Notes: generated by a model not told the origin, from the letters alone. Positions 1 through 12,138 are shown, numbered from the whole stretch's first letter. The stretch is DNA of 63,899 nucleotides, filler included, from Reclinomonas americana ATCC 50394 (GCA_048213135.1; 11 parts of 5 records of this genome joined end to end with filler, not necessarily neighbours in it), one strand, 5' to 3'. Made by a program: numbers and translations.

Positions 1-879
1 GAGGAGCGGCGGCTGGCGCCGGTGCTGCCGGCAAGTGCAGCGGCGACGGCGTCGGTCGCTTGGTGCGATTGGTCGGCGACATGATGGTGATGGTGTCGAG
101 CGGCGTCGGTGCCACGTTGCGCAACAGCAGCGAGGACGCGCATAGGGTTGGGGTGCTCATCGCCGACGACGACGTGACGTCGTTGTTGCTGGCGCTCTCG
201 CCGAGCGGAATGTCGGTGACCCACTGGCCTGGTGTCACATTGACAACACTGGAGCGGCGCTGCTGCTGGCGCATGACGGCCAGGGTGGCCTCGGCCTTGC
301 GCAGCCGCTCCTCCTCGTCTTTGCGCACGCGGCGGTTCTTGGCCACAAACTGGAACACCAGCACCAGCGTGACAATCAGCACCAGACCGCCGCCAATGCC
401 GAGTCCCAGCGACAGCGGCTTGCCCAGGTGATCGGCGATCGACATGCTGTTGTTGCCGCTGGAGCTGGAGCTCTCGTCGGTGGTGGATGTGGTTGGTGCG
501 CCGTCCACGGGCACGGGTTTCGGGGAAACCGCGGCGTACGTGGCGTCTGCACGCCAAGGAGGGTGAGTGGAAAACGAAACATGTACAGTTTTTGTGAGGG
601 AGGGAGGGGAGATGGCGGCGCACGCGTACCTGCGACAGTGGATGTCGCCTCCACGTCGGCGGCATCGTCGGTCAGTGGAGCCACCGAGGCCGCGGACTCT
701 GGCAACTGGAACAGGCGTCGTCGCTGGCTGGCGGCGGCCGCAGCCTGCTCGCGTGCCTGCATCACTGCCTGCATGGTCTTGGTCTGTGCGGCCGCCAGCA
801 GCGGGCTGCTGCAGCACCACACCACGAGTGCGAGGAGTGCCAGTGATCCGGTGATGGTCGCCGAGTACCGTCTGGTCAT
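1..879 (-). CDS. Hypothetical type I single-pass membrane protein (3' end beyond window start)
   Basis: ATG at 879, signal-peptide-like MTRRYSATITGSLALLALVVWCCSSPLLAAA. GT-AG intron 629-547. Exon 2 is open to position 1 and encodes a TM helix LGLGIGGGLVLIVTLVLVFQFVA followed by basic KNRRVRK and a Ser/Pro-rich tail. Confidence 0.6.
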
Positions 880-1141
880 GTCTCACGAGAAACTCTTAAA
901 AAATAGTACAACCAAAAGAAAAACCGCAAAAAACAACTGTTTGTCCGGAAAATCGATTCGTTGGTTCGCTGCATGGGAAAGACGAGGGCGACGTGGAGGG
1001 CGACGGAGGGGGGAATAGGGGAGTGAGGGGGGTGGATGGGTAGACGTGGGGAGTGTGGGAAAGAGGTCGAGAAGAAATGGTGTGGTGTGCGCATGTGCGA
1101 AATTGGTTGTTGTTCGGTAATAACCGGCGAGCGTAAAAATG

Positions 1142-1938
1142 TTATTTCGGAGGACATGTAGTGGCTGGAGGTGGTGCTGGAAGGTTGTCGAGTGTCTGTA
1201 TGTTTGTGGTGCGAGGTGATGGCGTTTCGTGGTCTTTTCTGGTTTGAATAGCAGTATGGCAAATCGGCATTGGTTTTGCGCCAACGAAATCGATGGCATG
1301 GTTTTCGAGCGTAACGAAGACAAAAAGGACAGAGCACGTACTCCACTGAAGTGGCGGTACATGTAGATGTATGGATGCCAGAAGCGCAGAGGCGGTCTCG
1401 TTCCTTCCGCAATGCATCAATATCGCTGCGATATCGGATTCGCAAAGCGCGTTACACAAGGCTACACGGGCGCACCACACTCTCTGCACGTCGTCTTCTA
1501 CATCACAGACGCCGAGGTCGCACACGTGGTGTCGCTCACGCAGAAGGCGAGCGATTCGAGACTGATTCCGGCGGTCGCCGGATCCACCAATCCGTTCGAA
1601 TTCCCTGCTTGCGCGTCAGTGCGACCCACGATGCAGAGCGCGCGGGCTCAGAGACGCTCAATGCTCGCTCACATCTCCGGCACCCATGGATCTCCGCGCA
1701 AGTACGCCCGCGTCAATTTCAGGTCTTCAAACTCTTCCCGTCTTGCGATATCGATGGCACTCTTCCAGCGGCGTGCATGTGCTGCAACACGTGCGCAGCG
1801 ATCAGCGAGCGTAGCTGCAGACTTCGTAGGAGAAGCAATCGGTGTCAGCACACTCACGATTTCCGATCTAAAGACAGCGACGATGCCCAAGCACACAACC
1901 ACAGCCACCATGCACACTCCGACAATTACGCAGTCCAT
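1142..1938 (-). CDS. Hypothetical N-terminally anchored protein (spliced, 3' end uncertain)
   Basis: MDCVIVGVCMVAVVVCLGIVAVF hydrophobic start. A plausible intron (AT|GTGAGC...GCAAGCAG|G) joins ...DPWVPEM to EFERIGGSGDRRNQ...LCNALCESDIAAILMHC. No recognisable homology. Confidence 0.35.
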
Positions 1939-2041
1939 GATCACGATCTCTCAGCACTTCGACCGCGAGAGTGACTGCAAGCGCGAGTAATGGCCTTCTT
2001 TACACTATTTACTTCTTCCTCATATGCATGCTGCTTGCAGA

Positions 2042-3202
2042 TTACACATGCACCGGCAAAAAGTACGTCAGCGTCAACTCGTCCATCAGCACCACAATCA
2101 CCAACTGCTGGTCGACAAAGTCTGTGCGCCCCACGCAGTCAGCAATCACCACCTCTCCTCTCATCCTCCCTCCCTCCCATCCACACGCAACGACAAAACA
2201 CATCCCGCGGATTCACGTGGTACGCCTGCAAGAAACGCGACAGCTTCTTCAACTCGACCTGCGCCGATAACCGCTGCGACATTTCCTCGTCCTCTGTGCT
2301 CCCACCGAGTGAGTGTCGAGCGCACGGTCCACTCACCCCCCTCGCATCGCATCGCATACGCACCACCGGCCATCTTCACCTCCAAGCCACGATAGTGCGT
2401 GGTCATGGACAACAGCTCGCCCTCGATGGACAACTCCAACACACCGGTCTGCGCGCTGGCCGTGATGCGGACCAGCGGATCGCCAAAGGCGCGCATGCGA
2501 TCCACCACACGCAGGAGATCACGCAGCGGCGGCAGGCACACCTGCATGTCGTAGTGAAAGTCGTCGCGCGTCGACGGATCCGCCTCCTTTAGCCGCTCCA
2601 GCTCCGACGGCGCCAGCACGCGCACCGAGATCGAGTGCTCCAGCGAGTCGATTTGCGGCTGTCACACCACAGTGAGCGACACGGCGCAGTAAGACAGAGA
2701 GTGGTAGGATGGGAGACCAGGAGAGCGCAACATCGCGCATGGTGAAATTCAGGACGGCTTGTGATCCGCGCTTGGCCAACTTGACTTTGACCAGAGACAT
2801 GGACTCGGCGTCTTTCAGCACCTTTTGCAGCATGCTGGCGTCGATCTCCAGGCACACATCGTTGTGGAGGCTCTCAAACAGGTACTGATCAAAGAGTTTG
2901 CTGTGCGGAACGCGTCCCCACACCTGTTTCTGCGTGTGTGAGAGAGAGACACAGGCGAGGAAGAGAGAGTGTGTGTGTGCGCGCACCTGCATGCCATCGG
3001 AGGCATCGGCGGTGGTGGCAATGAACATGATGGTGTCGGGTTGAAGTCGCAGAAACATGCGACGATCGACTTTCTCCAGGCATTGACACACCCCTGGCAC
3101 CACCCACGAGTGAGACAAGGAGAGTGACACAGAGAGCAAGAGAGAGAGAGAGACGCAACGGCAAAAGAGAGCCGAGTCCGTGAGCTTTGCTCTGAATTTC
3201 AT
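2042..3202 (-). CDS. HUS1: Checkpoint clamp 9-1-1 subunit Hus1 (6 exons)
   Basis: Starts MKFRAKL, contains VKVKLAKR and CLPPLRDLLRVVDRMR, ends LTYFLPVHV*, all typical Hus1 motifs. Five GT-AG introns restore one continuous frame; donors include 3159, 2986, 2731 and 2191. Confidence 0.88.
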
Positions 3203-3430
3203 GAGAAAATAAAATGGCGGGAGGTCGATGTCGACTCCGGGAAGGACGCGTCGACGTCAAAGTGCGACACACACAGCAACAACCGCACCAACACCTCGTG
3301 CGCTTTAGTACACGCACACACACGCACACATGCAGAGAAGAAAAAAAGAGACAACAACACCAACTTCCAACCACACAAACAAATCGTGTCCTGTTGCCCA
3401 GCCGGCTCTCTCTCAATCAATCAATCGCAA
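3203..3430. promoter_or_regulatory. Putative bidirectional promoter between HUS1 and the divergent gene at 3431
   Basis: Only ~228 bp separate the divergent ATGs (3202 minus, 3431 plus). Contains AAAATGGCGG at ~3211, matching the YY1-type core AANATGGCGG. Confidence 0.45.
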
Positions 3431-6400
3431 ATGAGCAGCGCGTCGTCGCCGCCTCCTCGCGACACCTCGTCCATCACCATCGCCGCCACACGGCCTCATC
3501 ATCGACACGGGAACAAGGCTTCGTTGCGATCGGTGTTTGCTGCTCCTGCCAGCAAGAAGCCGGCGCCGCAGCCTTTGCGTGGCCGACCTCGTGGTGGCGG
3601 GCGGGAGGAGGAGGAAGCGGAGAGAGGAGAGGACTCGTATGATGAGTGGAAGGCGTCGTCGAACACGGAGGCAGAAGAGGATGATGAGGATGATGACGAG
3701 AAGGAGGAGGATGAGGATGATCATCGTCCAGTGATACAACAGACAGTGGCGTCTCCGCCTCCACCGCCTCCACCACCGCCACCACCTCCGCCACCTCCAC
3801 CTCCACCACCGCCACCTGTGGCAGAGGCACCGGTGAGTACACAGTGTGTTGCCTCTGCTGCTCTCTGCGTGTGCTAAAGAGTCGCGACCTGCAGATGTAT
3901 GTCATTCCACAGATCGTGCTCACTCCGACGCCACCACCTCCACCGCCACCGCCACCGCCACCACCAGTAGAAGCAGAGAAACAACAGAAGCCACGGGATG
4001 TCGACACTGACGACGACGATGGGATTGAGTGCTTTCCGCCAGTGTCGGAGCTGCTAGCTGACATTTTGGGACCGAAACGACGAAGTGGGGCCCACACCAC
4101 CGCCACCAGTCTGGAATCGCTGGCGCTCTCGCCACGGGCGCCTGCTCTGTCGTCCATGTTGACGGAGGAGGAGAAGGCGCGGCACGATAAGAAGCAGGGG
4201 GAGGAGGAGGAGGAGGATCCGTTGGCGTCGTTGCGGAAACGACAGCAGGAATCGACGCTGTCGGCGGATGTGGCGGCGTACTTGTTGCGTTTCCTCTTGT
4301 CTTGTCTTGTCTCGATCACCCTGCTGTCGTTGCCGTGGAGCTCACGCCCGTTGTTGCTACTTCGCAGGCGTGGCATTGGTCAGACGTCGCTGTTGTTGAG
4401 TCCACCGACTTCGTCGGCGGCATCGTCCGTGTCGCCGGGTCCTACACCGCGCGCCAAGTCGGCCTCCGGGTCACCGCGGCGACGGCGCCTCACTAAGCAG
4501 GAGACGGTGGAGTCGAGTCGACGGCTGTGCGAGGAGGAGGTGGCGAAGCGAGCGGAACACCTGAAGCAGTTGCGCGAGCAGCATCCGCTGGTGTCACCTC
4601 GACGACAGTCGCCACACTCCAAGCGGCAGCGTGACGAGGACCGAGGTGCGTGAGACGGAGAGAGAGAGATGATGACGAAGAGTGGTTGCTCATGCTTTTG
4701 CGTGCAGTACCGCTGGTGGAGCGAATCGATGTGATTCTCGAGCGTCGCAAGACGTGGCTGGCCAAGCAAAAGGCCGAGATGGATCGACGCACCGAGCAGG
4801 AGATCACACTCAAGCCGGAGATCAACAAGAACTCCAAAACCATCGAGCGCTCCGTGACACACCTGCTGGCCTGGGTTCGTCCCCCACTTGTAGCGAGTTT
4901 TCCACCATTGCTCTGCTGATCCACTCATGTTCGCTGTGGTGCAGGATGAAGCTCGAAAGGCCAACCTCACCAAGACCAAGGAAAAGTTCAAAGCTGCCGA
5001 GGCCGCTGTGGTGACGTTCAAGCCACAGCTGTCGCCCACATCCATCAAGGTGAGGAGGACGACGCCTGTGAATGCTGTGTTGGAGAAACTGACGGTTTTC
5101 TTGTGAGCAGCTTGTGAAGCAGAAACGCGAGTCTGGTGGATCTGTCGCTGGTGCGCCGTGTGATCGCACGCCTGTTGTGTTCTCTTGCGGGTGCTCATCC
5201 GTTCTTCGTCGCAGAATCAACGTCGGTTTCACCGCCACTGGGCGACGCAGCCGCGCCGCCAATCAACGGCGACACTAATGGACGCAGACCAAGTCGCAGT
5301 GCGTACACAATCCTGTGCTTTCACTTTTTCGTAGACATGCAGAGTGTGCTCATGCCTCGATGCCCTGCTGCGCAGCCAAAATATCAAAGACCGAGCTGCT
5401 GGCAGAGGTTGCGCAGTCGCGTCGACAATCGGGGACGTTTGAAATGATTCACCAGCGCATGGCCAGTCGCGAGCTGTTGCGTTTTGGCGAGGCTTGAGAT
5501 GTTGGTGTGAGTACGTGACCTCATGCAGCGCGTAACAGGAAAAAGCGATTGCGGGAGATGCGAGAGATGGAAGAGGAGCAGGTGCTGGCAGAGGAGAAGG
5601 TGCAAGAGGATGTGGTGCAGTCTGCGTGCGATCGATTGTACAGTGCGGCTTTGTCGGATCGCGGTCGACGGGAGGAGAAGAGGAGGCAACGGGAAGAGGA
5701 GGTGCTACAAGAGGAGGAACGGCTGGTGCGTTCCCCTGCCGATGTTCCCTGTTTCTTTCCACCACCTCATTGTCTGCGCAGAGAAGAGAGGGTGAACGCA
5801 TCCGTGCGGTGGCGGCTCGGCGGCGAGTGCCGTTAGCACGGTCAGCATCCTCGTAATCCGTAACCACTGGTTTCCGTTCTCAACCCCCTCTGTTGTTCGT
5901 GTCGCAGCGAGGAGACGCCACTGGATCCGAGCTTGGACGATATTGTGCGGCCGGTGAGTGGCGAAAATCAAGTGCAGAAGTGTTGAGCTCCTTCCCAAAG
6001 TCTCACTCTCCTCCTCAAAAAGGTGGATGCAACGGAGTTGTATCAGCGCATTGTGGATGCCGACGCCTCTGGTGTCGAGTTCGACTGGGCCGCCATTGAC
6101 GCCTTCACGCGATCGCTACCACCCACCGGGACGCACAGTCGCAACGCCAGTCACCACTCCAACTCCAGCTACCCGTACCTCTTGTTCAGCACGCCACTCT
6201 CCGCACACGCTCGCCGTCCACTGCCGGAGGACGCCGCAAGCAGCCACAGCGGTGGCAGTCACAGCCACAGCAGCAGTGGCAACGGTGCGTATCGTCGCGC
6301 CGGACTGCGACCACCGCAGTGGGATCAGGTGCCACCTGCAGCAGCAGCAACAGCATCAGCAACAGCGTCGCCTCGTTCACCGCGACAAGCACAACCAGCT

Positions 6401-6481
6401 GTCGGCGATCTCGACGACTTTGCCGCCTGGCTATCGCAGCGCTTTGGCGCGCGTGTAGAGATTGCCTCGTCGAGATCATGA
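3431..6481 (+). CDS. Hypothetical multi-exon low-complexity/coiled-coil protein with poly-Pro tracts and (F/L)KPx(I/L) repeats
   Basis: ATG 3431. Exons chain through GT-AG introns, e.g. CCG|GTGAGT ~3833, TT|GTTGCG 4284, G|GTGCGT ~4646, AAG|GTGAGG ~5050. Motifs EITLKPEINKNS, VTFKPQLSPTS, CDRLY. Ends ...ARVEIASSRS*. Middle exons uncertain. Confidence 0.55.
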
Positions 6482-6620
6482 TACCATATGGTGTAAATAC
6501 AACGAGCAAGAGAACAGCAACAAGCGATCGATATCAATCGGTGTCGCGTTATCGTCCTCCCAGCATCATTGTCGTCCATCGGTCGCGTTTGTCACGGCTC
6601 TTCCCATTGTCCGCACAGTC

Positions 6621-8269
6621 ATGGTGAGAGGGGAGAAGAACACAAGACACACGCTCTTGTCGTGTGCTTGCTGACACTTGCATGCAGGGAAGAATCAACA
6701 TTCGTGTTCGCAGTTCACAAACCTCGGCCACTGGTACGTACACACACATGCATCACTCACTGCGTGCGTGCGAACATTGTTCTCACACACACATGCGCAG
6801 TGAGCTCTGAGCTTGGAGGCACAGTGCTGCAACTGAAAGAGGGTACGTTCACCACTAACTACTGACGCATCTCTCACCTCCCCGCAACTCACACTGATCA
6901 CAGACATTCGTGCGGCGGTGCCACAGTGGGCACGTTTTCCGGCCTCTGACTTGACTCTGCTCTTCCGCGGTCGCCGTTTGGACGACACTGATGTGCTGGA
7001 GGCGGCAGGTCTCAGTGACGATGTGGCACTGGTGCTTGTGTTGCCGCCCTCGTCGGGCTCCTCACTGGGATCAGTGGCCTCTTCGTCGCCTCTCGACGCT
7101 CTCGGCTCAAGTCCACCGCAGAGTCCGCCTGGCGCCTCTGCTCCGCCGGCTCCGATTGCACAGGGCGGGGGTGGAAAGGCGGTGGCGGGATCACAGGCAC
7201 CGGTGTGTTCGCTTTTCATTGCCATGCAAGACACATGCTGGGATTCACCTTGCCGCGCGTGCAGATCGACGATTCGGTGCTGGTGAACGTGCGCATTGGT
7301 GATGGATCGCACTCGCGTTGCGTGCTCTCCTCCCTGTCGCGCTTGTCGCGTATCCTGTGCGCTGATGCGTCTTTGTCGGTTTGCAGTGCGAACAAAGCTG
7401 AACCGCACCACGTTCCTGTTGAAACGAGGTGTGTGCTTGTGTGTGCGCCGATCCCTTGACTGCCTCCGCACCCACTGCCTCACTCGTTGTTTTCGTTGGC
7501 CAGATCTCAAGGCACTGGGCATTCCGGCGTTGGCGCGTGTCGAGCTCGAGGACATTTGCTTGGTGTGGGGAGGTCGCGAAATGGTCGACGGCAACACACT
7601 GGCCGCCGAGGGTGTCTACGAGGGTGCCTCGTTGCTCTTTGTGCAAAGGTCGGTGCCCCTTGTGTGTGTTTTATCAATTGTTCTTCTCCCCACTCACTCG
7701 CAACATGGACAGAGCGCGTGGAACGTCGCCGCCACCACAGCAGCCGCCAATATACCCACGAGCACCACCAGGTTACCCCTACCCACCCAACCTCAACTAC
7801 CCCACCAACCCCAACTACTACGGCGCCGTGCCACCGGGGGCGTACCCGCCCGTGAATCCTCCGATACCGGTGGCGCCACCACTGCGCGGTGGTGGTGTCG
7901 AGCGGCGACCACTGCTGGGCGGTGATAATCGCGACGCAGGTAGAAGCGCGAGCTGTGCGAGTTGTGGCACGCGGATCACCAACAAGGGCGCGTGGGCGTT
8001 CTTTGCACTCTTTATTGGCGTCACCTCGATTCTCGGCATGGTGGTTGTTGTGTCGCCGGTGCAGTACCAGAGCGCCGGCATCTTCACCTTTATCCGCCTC
8101 CCGTGCATCATCATTCCACTGTTGACGGTGTTGGGGACGTGCTTCGAATGCTGCGTGACGCCACCGGCCGCACGGCTGCGCATCGCCTCATTCATCTCGG
8201 CTGCGTTGTACGCCGGCACGTTTGTCTGTCTGCTGGTGCTCGACGGCTTCGGTTTCTACTTTTCAACCA
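6621..8269 (+). CDS. Tandem ubiquitin-like domain, Pro/Tyr-rich, multipass membrane protein (3' end in gap)
   Basis: Spliced frame gives MGRINIRVR...TVLQLKEDI...LTLLFRGRRLDDTDVLEAAGLSDDVALVLV (UBL1) and VLVNVRIG...ICLVWGGREMVDGNTLAAEGVYEGASLLFV (UBL2). These are followed by a PPIY/PPGY-rich linker, ERRPLL and three hydrophobic helices. Confidence 0.7.
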
Positions 8270-9064
8270 NNNNNNNNNNNNNNNNNNNNNNNNNNNNNNN
8301 NNNNNNNNNNNNNNNNNNNNNNNNNNNNNNNNNNNNNNNNNNNNNNNNNNNNNNNNNNNNNNNNNNNNNNNNNNNNNNNNNNNNNNNNNNNNNNNNNNNN
8401 NNNNNNNNNNNNNNNNNNNNNNNNNNNNNNNNNNNNNNNNNNNNNNNNNNNNNNNNNNNNNNNNNNNNNNNNNNNNNNNNNNNNNNNNNNNNNNNNNNNN
8501 NNNNNNNNNNNNNNNNNNNNNNNNNNNNNNNNNNNNNNNNNNNNNNNNNNNNNNNNNNNNNNNNNNNNNNNNNNNNNNNNNNNNNNNNNNNNNNNNNNNN
8601 NNNNNNNNNNNNNNNNNNNNNNNNNNNNNNNNNNNNNNNNNNNNNNNNNNNNNNNNNNNNNNNNNNNNNNNNNNNNNNNNNNNNNNNNNNNNNNNNNNNN
8701 NNNNNNNNNNNNNNNNNNNNNNNNNNNNNNNNNNNNNNNNNNNNNNNNNNNNNNNNNNNNNNNNNNNNNNNNNNNNNNNNNNNNNNNNNNNNNNNNNNNN
8801 NNNNNNNNNNNNNNNNNNNNNNNNNNNNNNNNNNNNNNNNNNNNNNNNNNNNNNNNNNNNNNNNNNNNNNNNNNNNNNNNNNNNNNNNNNNNNNNNNNNN
8901 NNNNNNNNNNNNNNNNNNNNNNNNNNNNNNNNNNNNNNNNNNNNNNNNNNNNNNNNNNNNNNNNNNNNNNNNNNNNNNNNNNNNNNNNNNNAAAGGGGAG
9001 GAGGGGTCAGCGGCGTGGCTCTCATCGTCATTATGCATCATCATGATCATCGTTGGTTACTCAC

Positions 9065-9821
9065 CAAACTTCTTGACCGCAGTCTTGTCCTTGCCGAGCG
9101 ACTTCAGGTAGTCGGTGTCGTGGAAGGGGATGCCGAGGGCGGCGGCCTTCTCGCAATGGAACTGGTCTCCCAGAATGCAGATGCGCTCGCGCGGGCGGGC
9201 CAAGTGCGGCAGACGGATGGAGCCCTGGAAACGCTTATCTTTTTGCGTGTCGTAGCTCTTCAGCAGCACCTGCAGCTCAATGCTCTCCTTGAACTTGCGG
9301 GGCTTCTCCTCACGCGAGAACTTCAGCAGCTTCTCGACGGACTCGCGCAACGTGTCGGCGGGGATCTTGCTGTAAAGTGGGGGCGCACACAGCGTGAGTG
9401 AGCGCCATGCATGCACATGGACATGAAGAGCACACAGCCCTCCCCTTCCCTGCTCTCTCTCTCTCACTGCACGTGCACAGATGAAAGAGGGGTGCATGGT
9501 ACTGACAGAGTAGAGGCGTGCATGTGTGCGGCAGGGTGTTGCAAGAGAGTGGCGCAGTGGAGCCAAGTTTAGGCCTCAAGTCAATCACACAGCACAATGC
9601 ACGCCAGTCAACCCGACGCACAGCACAAGAGCACATGCGCAGAGAGGGAGACATGCCACAGAGAGACAGAGAGCGAGAGAGAGGGAGAGGGAGAGAGCGC
9701 AAAGGGCATGTCATGGCATGCGCCACCAGAGACGAAGAGCATTCTCTTGCACACACATATTCCCTCCTCCTCCCTGTCGCACACAACACACAGCGCAGCG
9801 CAGTGGAAACACAAACCTCAT
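9065..9821 (-). CDS. RPL10A: 60S ribosomal protein uL1/L10a, 5' part (remainder in gap)
   Basis: 5-nt coding exon ATGAG (9821-9817) plus exon 9369-9065: SKIPADTLRESVEKLL...RKFKESIELQVLLKSYDTQKDKRFQGSIRLPH...ICILGDQFHCEKA. Confidence 0.95.
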
Positions 9822-9961
9822 TTCCTGTCTGTGTTTTTTTCGCTCTCTCTGGGGGGGGTGGNNNNNNNNNNNNNNNNNNNNNNNNNNNNNNNNNNNNNNN
9901 NNNNNTTAATTAATTAANNNNNNNNNNNNNNNNNNNNNNNNNNNNNNNNNNNNNNNNNNNN

Positions 9962-11731
9962 ATCGAAGAAGGTCGCCACGGCAATCATGGCGATCTTCAG
10001 ATGCGTGTACGAGATGATGTAGCGGCCGTCGACGCGGACTGTGCGGGCATAGGTCGCATGAGGCAAGGGGTGGGGGAAAGGGGCGAGGAAGGAGAGTGCA
10101 GTAGAAGGGGAGAAAAGAGCGAAGCGAGTAAAGAGAGAGAGAGAGAGAGAGAGAAGGGATAAACCGAATGTGAGAGAGAAACAAAGGCGAATGAAGATCG
10201 TAGGGCAACCTGCTCGGCAACTGTCGGGCGCGGGGTGAGGACAGCGGAAAGAAGAGAGGAGAAAATATGCAAATCGGAAGTAAAGGAGAAGGGATGAACC
10301 AAGCGAGAGGGAGAGAAATGAGTGAAGTGTGTATGGCGAGCGAAGGAATAGGGGAATATGCGAGACAACCTTTCTGCGCCTGTGAGACGCGGGAGAGTAC
10401 TCTAAAAAGAGGAAACGTTACAGGATGCAAATCACGAGTTGGGATGGAGGGGAAAGAGCAACCCGAGTGGAAGGAAATGGAGAAGAGATAAAACGAATGC
10501 GAAAGACTGAAATCTTACAAGAGTCACTGCTCCGCAACCGGCTGGCGTGGGAGGAAGACAAGGGAAAGAAAAGAGGAGAGGGATACCCTGAGTGGAAGGA
10601 AATGGAGAGACGATAAACCGAATGCGAAAGAAGGAAATCCCACGAGAGTCCCTGCTCCGCAACTGGCTGACGTGGGAGGAAGACAAGGGAAAGAAAAGAG
10701 GAGAGGGATACCCTGAGTGGAAGGAAATAGAGAGAAGATAAACCGAATGCGAAAGAAGGAAATCTCACGAGAGTCTCTGCTGCGCAACTGTCGGACGTGG
10801 GCGGAGGACAAGGGAAAGAAAAGAGGAGAGGGATACCCTGAGTGGAAGCAAACGGAGAGAAGATAAACCGAATGCGACAGAAAGAAATCCCACGAGAGTC
10901 CCTGCTGCGCAACTGTCCGACGTGGGAGGAAGACAAGGGAAAGAAAAGAGGAGAGGGATACCCTGAGTGGAAGGAAATAGAGAGACGATAAACCGAACGC
11001 GAAAGAAGGAAATCCCACAAGAGCCACTGCTCCGCAACTGGCTGACGTGGGAGGAAGACAAGGGAAAGAAAAGAGGAGAGGGATAATCCGAGTGGAAGGA
11101 CATGGAGAGAAGATAAACCGAATGCGAGAGAAGGAAATCTCACGAGAGTCCCTGCTGCGCAACTGTCCGACGTGGGGTCCGAGTAGCTTTGGGGCACTGC
11201 TCAGAAAGAATAAATAAGCTGGAGGTCGGGAAAAACCGTACAGGCGACCCAGGGGCTACGCAACTGTAGATGAAGGCACAGACATAGTACAGCGCCATGC
11301 TCAGCACGCTGAATACGGCGTACGCAATGTGGCGCCCGGACCAACAAGGCAACCTTCACACACACACACACAGCAATAATGAGTCACCAACATGTGCAAC
11401 AGGATGCCGCTCACACCATCACCACCGCTGCACTCACGTGGGATCGTCGTCGAGGTACGGCATGACTGGACATGCGCCGGGGGTGGCACACTCGTACGTG
11501 CATGAGATGGCCGAGAACAGCTTGAAGTAGACCAGCACACAGAGCACCGAGTAGAAATACTCGACCAGCAGTGTGTTGTCCTTGAGGGCACGCAGGAAGC
11601 GCACGTTGTTGTTGAGCAGGAGCAGCGAAAAGAGCAGCACCAGCGCGACCACCGGCCAAAAGGCGTACGGGTAGTACGAGGTGTTGTTCGGGATGCGGAG
11701 GAGGAAGACCGAGAAGACGTCGCGGAGGTTG
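9962..11731 (-). CDS. Internal exons of a multipass (7TM-like) membrane protein with Cys-containing extracellular loop
   Basis: Four exons splice in frame: ...YFKLFSAISCTYEC...YLDDDPT / LPCWSGRHIAYAVFSVLSMALYYVCAFIY / MPQSYSDPTSD (11196-11164) / IRVDGRYIISYTHLKIAMIAVATFF. Both ends lie in gaps. Confidence 0.65.
10450..11175. repeat. 125-bp tandem minisatellite, ~6 copies, intronic
   Basis: GGATACCCTGAGTGGAAG (last copy variant) recurs at 10581, 10706, 10831, 10956 and 11081. A degenerate copy lies at ~10155-10265. Confidence 0.95.
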
Positions 11732-12040
11732 CTGAGTGGCAAAGGGTGAGGCAAGGAGAAGGCGGAGAGGAGAGAGAGAGGAAGAGGGAGGCGAAGACAG
11801 GGAAGGAAGGAAATACAACAGAGACTGCGAGGGCGGAGAAGTAGAGGAAGGGCGTGTGTGCGTGTGCGCGAAAGAGAGAGAGAGAGAGAGACAGACGGAA
11901 AGAGGGAGTAAATGTGCATCTTGGCACGATGCAACAGAACAGAGAGTACGAGGGCATAAGGAGAGAGCAGGCGAGAGCGATGGAAGAAGAAGAGGAGGAC
12001 AAGGACAGAAAGCGCAATGGCGGAAGAAAGGAAGGCGGAG

Positions 12041-12089
<49 letters not shown>

Positions 12090-12138
12090 AGAGTAGAAGA
12101 AAGAAGAGAGAGAGACGANNNNNNNNNNNNNNNNNNNN

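Noticed and set aside
1351..1990. Plus-strand 207-aa ORFs
   Set aside because: No recognisable motifs; they are antisense shadows of a more plausible minus-strand gene.
10450..11175. Regular array as a CRISPR or a coding repeat (ORFs 10418-11197)
   Set aside because: Whole 125-bp units are repeated with no unique spacers, the period is not a multiple of 3, and the context is a eukaryotic intron with no cas genes.
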